Shown: piece by piece, positions 57,671-64,000 of the stretch
Numbering within the stretch: position 1 is the first letter of the stretch
How the letters are laid out: each line of letters starts with the position of its first letter
NCBI GenBank assembly: GCA_965218585.1
Contig: CBDCLE010000002.1
Coordinates: forward strand, 288,001-352,000
Source: Terriglobia bacterium
GTDB taxonomy: Bacteria; Acidobacteriota; Terriglobia; 20CM-2-55-15
DNA: 64,000 bases
Direction: 5' to 3'
Notes under the pieces: model-generated
The model's input: the letters and a program-made list of their open reading frames with translations, nothing else
Told to the model about the DNA's origin: nothing
The model's database searches: none
Translations under genes and position numbers: made by a program

Positions 57671-58101
57671 GGTGATTATATACTTTACACACAAAACGCA
57701 GGGGGTTAGCATGGCCCGATGTCGCGCTGGAAGAATAGCGAACTCTCGCCTTGGAAAGCTGTCGCTGCTTTGGGTGGCTCATGTGGCCTACTGGTCGATT
57801 TTCAGGGGGCTACCACGAAAATGACGCAGGTCATTCCAATCGTGGGAGCCTTCCTTCCCATTGTTGCTATCAGCGTGACGATATTGTCTATAGGTTGGGT
57901 CGTGGTCACTATGCAGAGCGCGATTAGAAGAATGCTTCCGAGTGGACGATTTTACGTTCTCCATGAGGATATTGAAGAAGTTCTTGATGCTCTGCTCGTC
58001 GACGTTTCGATAAGGAGAGACTACATCTCAGCTAAGACAGAGGTAAAAATGCTGAGACTTAGGGATAGGCTCAACGCATTGGGTGTGCCATCTCCTGTTC
58101 T

Positions 58102-59466
58102 GAGGTCGTTCCAATCGGTGTGTAAAAAGAGAAGGCGGTGTACGCTTTCGGTGAATTCGAAACCGTAAGCAATCCCGGCAGCAATCGGGAGAAAGGTACA
58201 CCACCCATGAAGAAGAAGAACATACCGGCATCAGTGGCGTCAACGAACGCGTATGAAGGTTTGGAGGACTGGGCGCGATCCCGGGTCCAAGTCTGGCTAC
58301 AGGAGCTGCTCGAGGACGAAGTCACTCAATTTCTGGGTCGGGAAAAGTCGGAGCGGAGTCCGAATCGACGAGGATACCGGAACGGTCACGGGAAACCGCG
58401 ACGCTTCGCAATGATGAACGGTACGATGGAGGTTCGACGACCTCGGGTTCGAAACACCGCCGAGCGGTTCGAGAGTCAGATCCTGCCGTATTTTCGACGG
58501 AAATCGAAACAGCTGGGCGAGCTACTTCCCGATCTCTACCTCCACGGCCTGGCCACAGGGGACTTCGAGCAGGCCATGCGCGGACTGCTTGGCGCTGGCG
58601 CTCCGTTGTCGCGAGCATCGATCCAACGACTGAAATCGATCTGGCAGTTGGAGTATGACGAGTGGGTCCAGCAGGACCTGTCCGGCCTCGAGGTCGTGTA
58701 CCAGTGGGCAGACGGCTTGTACGTGAAAGCGGGGATCGCGAAAGAGCGAGCGGCATTGCTGGTGATCATCGGAGCCTTGTCAGACGGGCGCAAAGTGCTG
58801 TTGGCCTGTGAGAGCGGGCAGCGGGAAAGCAAGGAGTCCTGGAGCCGCATTCTGCGCAATCTCCAGAGACGGGGCCTGAAGCTGGGACGGCTGACTGTCG
58901 CGGACGGTCACCTGGGCATCTGGTCCGCGCTGGCCGAGCAACAGCCCCAGGGCCAGGAACAACGCTGCTGGAACCACAAGTCGATCAACGTGGTCGATCA
59001 TCTGCCGAAGACCGAGCAGCCCGCGGCCAGACAGCTGCTTCATGGGATGGCCTTCGCGAACTCCCGCGCGGCCTGCGAACGAAAGCGGGATCAGTTCGTC
59101 CGCCGATATGAGAAGAACTATCCCAAAGCGGGTGAGACGCTGTTGCGGGACTGGGACCGGATGATTACTTTCTATGAGTTCCCGAAACAACACTGGGTGC
59201 ATCTGAGAACAACCAACATCGTCGAATCGCCCTTCGACATGGTTCGCCTCCGCACCAACGCCGCTCGCCGATTCAAGCGTGTCGAGAATGCAACGGCAAT
59301 GATCTGGAAGCTACTACGTGTCGCTGAGAAGGCTTGGCGACACTTAAAAGGATCCGAACTCTTACAAGAGGTCTATGATGGTCAGCAATTCGCTGACGGC
59401 ATCAGAGTCGTGATGAAATCGAAGGCCGCCGCCTGATGACTTTTACACACCTTTTGTAATGACCTC
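58102..59466 (+). mobile_element. IS256-family element, copy 2
   Basis: Same IRs as copy 1; TSD CCTGTTCT (58094-58101 / 59467-59474). Confidence 0.95.
58207..59436 (+). CDS. IS256 family transposase (intact)
   Basis: YRNGHG, WADGLY, VADGHLGIW, QRCWNHK, LRTTNIVESPF. Confidence 0.95.
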   Translation: MKKKNIPASVASTNAYEGLEDWARSRVQVWLQELLEDEVTQFLGREKSERSPNRRGYRNGHGKPRRFAMMNGTMEVRRPRVRNTAERFESQILPYFRRKSKQLGELLPDLYLHGLATGDFEQAMRGLLGAGAPLSRASIQRLKSIWQLEYDEWVQQDLSGLEVVYQWADGLYVKAGIAKERAALLVIIGALSDGRKVLLACESGQRESKESWSRILRNLQRRGLKLGRLTVADGHLGIWSALAEQQPQGQEQRCWNHKSINVVDHLPKTEQPAARQLLHGMAFANSRAACERKRDQFVRRYEKNYPKAGETLLRDWDRMITFYEFPKQHWVHLRTTNIVESPFDMVRLRTNAARRFKRVENATAMIWKLLRVAEKAWRHLKGSELLQEVYDGQQFADGIRVVMKSKAAA

Positions 59467-59652
59467 CCTGTTCTGGATACAAAACAGTGGTACAACTTGG
59501 CTCCCCCTCCTTCTTGCTAAATCAATGGGAAGGGATCTCAAATTCGCAAGAAAGTATGAATTTGAAAAAATTGCCCCGTCCAGCGATACCGAGCGGGCGA
59601 ATCATGACGGGGGAGAAGAATGAAACTCTCCCCCGTTTCACGGTCGCTATTT

Positions 59653-60168
59653 CTAGGGAAATCTTTCCCTGAAGTAGTCCCGGACTTCATCAACCACGGC
59701 GTTCTCGGTGGATCTGGAGCTTCCACCAAGGAAGCCGCCAGAAATCTCTCCTTCGAAGTCCCCTTCGAACACCTTCTCCCCTGTGGTCTTGTTGATCATG
59801 ATCCCGCGCATGGTCATATAGCTCTTTCCAGTTCCAAATCCGATGAGGTACCGCTTCGCCCGAGAACCCTTCTCATAGCTGAGGATCGTGCTCTCCAAGC
59901 GCAATACCCCCTCGGTTTCATCGGTCTGTTGGGTGACGGATCGAAACCTTCTTATTTCGGATATCTTCTGGACGAGCTCTTGCCTCATGTTGATCGGAAC
60001 TTGAAACTCGACGTCCGGAACGTTGGTGTCGATCTCTGCAACCTCCAAGACGGAGAAAGCCGACAACGGCTGTGTAGCTGGAATGATCACGCTCACTCTC
60101 CGCGAAGAACACGCTGTCGTTGCGAGAAGGACAAGGGCTACCAAAGTAAGCTGCTTCTTGTGATTCAT
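59653..60168 (-). CDS. DUF4410-like lipoprotein (copy 2)
   Basis: Same translation as 3537-4052. Confidence 0.75.
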   Translation of the reverse strand: MNHKKQLTLVALVLLATTACSSRRVSVIIPATQPLSAFSVLEVAEIDTNVPDVEFQVPINMRQELVQKISEIRRFRSVTQQTDETEGVLRLESTILSYEKGSRAKRYLIGFGTGKSYMTMRGIMINKTTGEKVFEGDFEGEISGGFLGGSSRSTENAVVDEVRDYFRERFP

Positions 60169-60227
60169 AGTGTGTCTCCTCTCATATCTTTGGTTGGCGG
60201 GCGACCGGCATTGGCCGCCGGGCCAGT

Positions 60228-60337
60228 TTGCCAAAACACGCCGCGCGTTGTAGTGCGGAGCCCCACCTATTTCCCCGAAGGGTGTTGTATTCAGCGAGCA
60301 GCCCGACGATGGGCGTACACGCAACGTGTTTTGGCAA
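60228..60337 (-). ncRNA. Candidate structured RNA (copy 2)
   Basis: Mirror of 3368-3477. Confidence 0.5.
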
Positions 60338-60391
60338 TAAGAAGGCTATGGCAGGAAGGAAGTTTGTGTCAAGTAAAGAGGGAGTGATCTA

Positions 60392-60625
60392 TTGAAACGC
60401 CATAAGAAATTGATTCTCATGATTCTGCGTTACGCAGAGGAGAATGCCACTGGCAAGCCCCTACCGGCGCCGCGCTATGAGGAATACAGCCGGATAGAGG
60501 TTCTTTACCATATTGATCTTTGTCACCAAGCGGGTTATCTGGAAATCCAGAAATCGGGGAAGAATCTGAAGATTCTCAATCTCACATGGAACGGACAAGA
60601 AGAACTCGAAAGAAACCTGGACTAG
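60392..60625 (+). CDS. DUF2513-like protein (copy 2)
   Basis: Same translation as 3080-3313. Confidence 0.7.
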   Translation: MKRHKKLILMILRYAEENATGKPLPAPRYEEYSRIEVLYHIDLCHQAGYLEIQKSGKNLKILNLTWNGQEELERNLD

Positions 60626-61524
60626 GCCACCAGATCCTTGTAGGGGAGCATGTCCGCGTTGACGATCAAACGCAAGGCATCCCGGAAGATGTAAGGGTTG
60701 TCGCGGTTGTTGAAGCGCCATTCCAGTTCCTCAAGATAACGGTCCAGATGTTTCGCACTGATCTTATGGAACGATCCGACGATAGACCGCTTGAACAGGC
60801 TCCACACGCCCTCAATGCTGTTGGTGTGGACATCGCCGACAACCCATTCCTCAGCGGAGTGGTTGACGGTCTCATGGCGCGTGTCGTGATCCTCGATCCC
60901 GAGGTAAGACTTCAGTTCGTCGGTATAGATCGCTGCGGCCTCATCCTTGATGTTGCGCCGGATGAAAGCATGGAGTGTGTGACGCCGGATGTTTGGAACC
61001 CGCTCCAGGCGGACCTTCCCGCCCCGCTGGATCGCGCCGGCCACCCAAGTCTTGTTGCCTCTGTAGCCGCTCCCCTTGCCTTTGGCCTTGCCGCCGACCA
61101 GGGTTTCATCGACCTCGACCACCCCAAACAGCGTCGGGCCGTCCGGTTCGCTATGTCCCATCGCGGAGCGGATGCGGTGACAGAGATACCAGGCTGTCTT
61201 GTAGGAGACACCGATGGTGCGCTTCAACTGGTTGGCCGAAATCCCCTTCTTGCCTTCGAGAATGAGATAAATCGCCAGAAACCACTTCCTCAGCGGCAGG
61301 TGGGAATCGTGCATGATCGTTCCCGCCGTCACGCTGAACTGGTAGCGGCATGAGAGACAATCCCATTGGTCGCGACTTGCGATCTCACAAAGCGATGTGT
61401 CGCCACAGCGAGGACAGCCAACGCTGTTCGGCCACCGCAGGTTTTCAAGAAACTCCCTGCATTTTTCTTCGTTCGGAAAGCGATCAATCAAACGTACAAG
61501 ATTCAACGAGGCGGTGTCAGGCAT
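60622..61524 (-). CDS. IS1595 family transposase (copy 2)
   Basis: Same translation as 2181-3083. Confidence 0.96.
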   Translation of the reverse strand: MPDTASLNLVRLIDRFPNEEKCREFLENLRWPNSVGCPRCGDTSLCEIASRDQWDCLSCRYQFSVTAGTIMHDSHLPLRKWFLAIYLILEGKKGISANQLKRTIGVSYKTAWYLCHRIRSAMGHSEPDGPTLFGVVEVDETLVGGKAKGKGSGYRGNKTWVAGAIQRGGKVRLERVPNIRRHTLHAFIRRNIKDEAAAIYTDELKSYLGIEDHDTRHETVNHSAEEWVVGDVHTNSIEGVWSLFKRSIVGSFHKISAKHLDRYLEELEWRFNNRDNPYIFRDALRLIVNADMLPYKDLVA

Positions 61525-61699
61525 GACTCAAAACTCCAAGAGAAAGCGAAAGCGAAGACTCCCGAAGAATCTCACCGAGAAGACCGACGTGGAGATCGTT
61601 GAGAAAATCTTCGGAAAGCGCGTGAAACGTGAGCTGGATAAGCTGATTGAGCAACCGGAAAGTGCTGATAAAAATACGGATGCTACAACCATGAAATGA
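61523..61699 (+). CDS. Small basic IS1595 protein (copy 2)
   Basis: Mirror of 2006-2182. Confidence 0.5.
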   Translation: MTQNSKRKRKRRLPKNLTEKTDVEIVEKIFGKRVKRELDKLIEQPESADKNTDATTMK

Positions 61700-61741
61700 T
61701 TGTAGCATCGGCATTATTTCTGTGTAAAGTATATAATCACC

Positions 61742-62044
61742 GAATAGTCCGGGATCGAAATCGGCCTGTTCAACGGTGACGTCACTCCAATCCACGTCAA
61801 GTTCATCGGCAATGATCATCGGGAGGGAATTCTTGATTCCCTGCCCGATTTCGGGATTTTTTGACATGATCGTCACCGCGCCATCGGGGCCAATACGAAT
61901 GAATGCCTCAGGAAGCAGGGGGGTGGTCTGCTGAAGCTGACCGGCAACCGCCCCGCGGTGGACGTACAGTCCGAGAAACATGCCGCCTCCAGCGAGTGCG
62001 GTCACACGAAGGAAAGAACGTCGATTGAGACGCTTGGCTTTCAC
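61742..62044 (-). pseudogene. IorB-type beta subunit, 5' fragment with Tat signal
   Basis: LNRRSFL Tat motif, [25 protein letters not shown]...ADFDPGLF, then the IS. Confidence 0.9.
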
Positions 62045-62053
62045 GGTTTCTCC

Positions 62054-62545
62054 TTACGCCTTCTCGGGCCCGGTTTGCACCGACATCGCCTGATCGATCT
62101 CGGAGGCTGCATGAATGGCCTCCCTTATCCTCAGATAAGTACCGCAGCGGCATAGGTTCGTGTTCATTGCGGAATCAATATCACCGTCACTGGGAGCAGA
62201 ATTCTGGGCCAACAGGGCAGCTGCAGTCATGATCTGGCCTGCCTGGCAATAGCCACATTGAGGTACGTCCACCTGTTCCCAAGCCCGCTGTAGGGGATGA
62301 GAACCGTCTGGGGACAACCCTTCGAGCGTCGTGATCGGCCGATCACCCACAGTAGCCACACGCGTGATACACGACCGGAGGGCTCGGCCTGCCAGATGAA
62401 TTGTGCAGGCGCCGCACTGACCGATTCCGCAACCAAACTTTGTGCCTTTCAACTTGAGAACTTCGCGGATGACCCAAAGGAGCGGGGTATCCTCAGGCAC
62501 GTCCACGGTCGTGGACTCTCCGTTTACGGTCAGGGTGTAAAGCAT
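62054..62545 (-). CDS. IorA-type (2Fe-2S)-binding small subunit
   Basis: [30 protein letters not shown]. Confidence 0.93.
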   Translation of the reverse strand: MLYTLTVNGESTTVDVPEDTPLLWVIREVLKLKGTKFGCGIGQCGACTIHLAGRALRSCITRVATVGDRPITTLEGLSPDGSHPLQRAWEQVDVPQCGYCQAGQIMTAAALLAQNSAPSDGDIDSAMNTNLCRCGTYLRIREAIHAASEIDQAMSVQTGPEKA

Positions 62546-62821
62546 GGCTTCAACTCCCTAAAAGAGTGTCGGCGGCTGGCCAAGCAGTCCGTAACTGATC
62601 CGGATCCAGCCGGTAATCTGAGGATCTTTCTGACAAGGTCAGCTCCAAAATACCCCCGGCGAGCAAAAACGGTCAACCTCCGGGCGTGCATGTCCGTCTA
62701 ACATGAATGTATTGCCCGGCCCGGAAACGAAACCGATGCAACGAGCAATACGTTAAAAATAGTTAATTGTTGCCCTGAATTCTGTTAAATTTGCGACATC
62801 GAGTTGGAGGATTACAAAGCC

Positions 62822-63331
62822 ATGAAGATAAAGTGCGTCCTTGGTTGTTTCGTCCTGCTATTGGCCCTGGCTGCGAACGCCTCGGCTCAGCTCATCGCGG
62901 GAACCCCAGAGGACAGGCTGTACCAGCAAATCACAGGAGCGGCTGATCTGGATCAGAAGATCGAGCTGTGCCTGCAGTTTGAGAGCGAGTTCCCTGACTC
63001 TAACGTGTTGGTTGACATATACACGATGCTGATGGACGCCCACAGTCAGCGGAACGAATCCGCGCAGGTGATCGAATACGGGGAAAAGGCTATAGCGCAA
63101 GACGGCGAAAATGTAACCGCCCTGATGACAGTAGCCCGGTCCCTTGCGGTCGCTCGCCAGCAACTCCCCAAAGCGGTCGAGTACGCGGAACGCGCTGTAA
63201 ACACGATCGAGCAAATGAAGGCTGGAGATGTGCCGCAGCAGTTCACTCCCGAAACGTGGGAGCAGTACATCGCGAGTCTGGAAGCTCCCGCTCGAGATAT
63301 CCTGAGCTACGCCAGAACTGTCAGCCCGTAA
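62822..63331 (+). CDS. Exported TPR-like protein
   Basis: Signal peptide ANASAQ; helical repeats (YGEKAI, YAERAV). Confidence 0.7.
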   Translation: MKIKCVLGCFVLLLALAANASAQLIAGTPEDRLYQQITGAADLDQKIELCLQFESEFPDSNVLVDIYTMLMDAHSQRNESAQVIEYGEKAIAQDGENVTALMTVARSLAVARQQLPKAVEYAERAVNTIEQMKAGDVPQQFTPETWEQYIASLEAPARDILSYARTVSP

Positions 63332-63503
63332 ACGAGCTTCGCCTAGCCATATACGATCCGCGAACGGGAGTGTCCCCGACGCTCCCAATTCGAGTCTTCA
63401 CCAGCTACCCGTCTACGATTCGAACAGATTTTCACGGTCGGAATCCGAATTGTCAGTTTTCAGATTCCTCATCAATATGTGACGGATCATCTGGATTCGC
63501 CTC

Positions 63504-64000
63504 CTATCTGAACTCCTGCGCGCTGGAGGTATCCCGAACCTCGATCCCGGCAAGCTCTTCAAAGAACTTAACGATTGCGGAATGGTCGTCATCGCCATAT
63601 GAGCGGGTCTGCATGACTCTCAGGAATTGTTGAACCAGAGCGGTCGTAGGAATCGGGACTCTCAGGGCAGCCGCGGCCGCCTGTACCAAGCCCAGATCCT
63701 TCTGGTGGAAATCAATCTTGAAGCCCGGAGTGAAGTCACCGGCGAGGATCTTTTCGCCCTTCTGATCCAGACAGCGACTGCCAGCCATCCCGCCCGAGAG
63801 CGCCTGAATCATTTTCCGTGGGTCGATACCTGACCGGGCACCGAAGACCAACGCCTCGCCCATCGCGGTGAGGTTGATCGCAACGATTATCTGGTTGGCC
63901 AACTTCGTAAATCCACCGCTTCCCAAGGGTCCCATGTGGGTAACCGTCCGTCCCATAATTTCAAACAGTGGCAAGGCGCGGTCAAAGTCGGCAGGCTCCC
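63504..64000 (-). CDS. 2-hydroxy-3-oxopropionate reductase / 3-hydroxyisobutyrate dehydrogenase family (partial)
   Basis: GSGGFTKLANQIIVA, FTPGFKIDFHQKDL, DHSAI. Confidence 0.88.
   Translation of the reverse strand, partial: EPADFDRALPLFEIMGRTVTHMGPLGSGGFTKLANQIIVAINLTAMGEALVFGARSGIDPRKMIQALSGGMAGSRCLDQKGEKILAGDFTPGFKIDFHQKDLGLVQAAAAALRVPIPTTALVQQFLRVMQTRSYGDDDHSAIVKFFEELAGIEVRDTSSAQEFR

Larger units (their letters stand above)
57671..61741 (-). mobile_element. IS1595-family element, copy 2, carrying nested IS256
   Basis: Same IRs and content as copy 1, inverted; flanks AAATAGTC / GAATAGTC (7/8 TSD). Confidence 0.95.

Noticed and set aside
57671-61741. Second IS1595/IS256 block as an assembly duplication
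   Set aside because: IS256 sits at a different position with its own TSD, and the copies differ by SNPs.
1-64000. tRNA/rRNA genes and known defence systems
   Set aside because: None recognised by eye; tRNAscan-SE and DefenseFinder were not run.

Overview
GC-rich bacterial chromosome segment. The flagellin N-terminus, the carboxypeptidase-domain TonB receptor and the T4SS type suggest Acidobacteriota, and the ankyrin proteins plus gene decay suggest a host-associated lifestyle; both points are inference. Seven IS elements are present: 2x IS1595 with passenger genes (in inverted orientation), 2x IS256, IS1380, IS5/IS427 and a TG..CA ISNCY-like element. They have broken flagellin (twice), an ABC transporter, a plasmid repA and an IorB-type molybdoenzyme subunit. 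7-30 kb holds a heavy-metal RND operon preceded by a His-rich RAPP-ending leader ORF and a terminator, plus amidohydrolases, a TRAP transporter, MBL hydrolases and an ankyrin/prenyltransferase-like protein. 31.7-51.7 kb is a captured, decaying conjugative plasmid: VirB2/3/4/9/10, three tandem VirB5-like paralogs, truncated VirB6, VirB8, VirD4, VirB11, two Replic_Relax/MOB_C-like proteins, a repeat-rich putative oriT and an unusual ankyrin-ArdC fusion. 52.5-55.3 kb is housekeeping and includes a signal-peptide selenoprotein (UPFC + SECIS) that the ORF track splits in two. Top leads are the ankyrin-ArdC putative T4SS cargo, the RAPP/His metal attenuator, a structured RNA inside the IS1595 element and the selenoprotein. 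All family calls come from motif recognition by eye; no searches were run.
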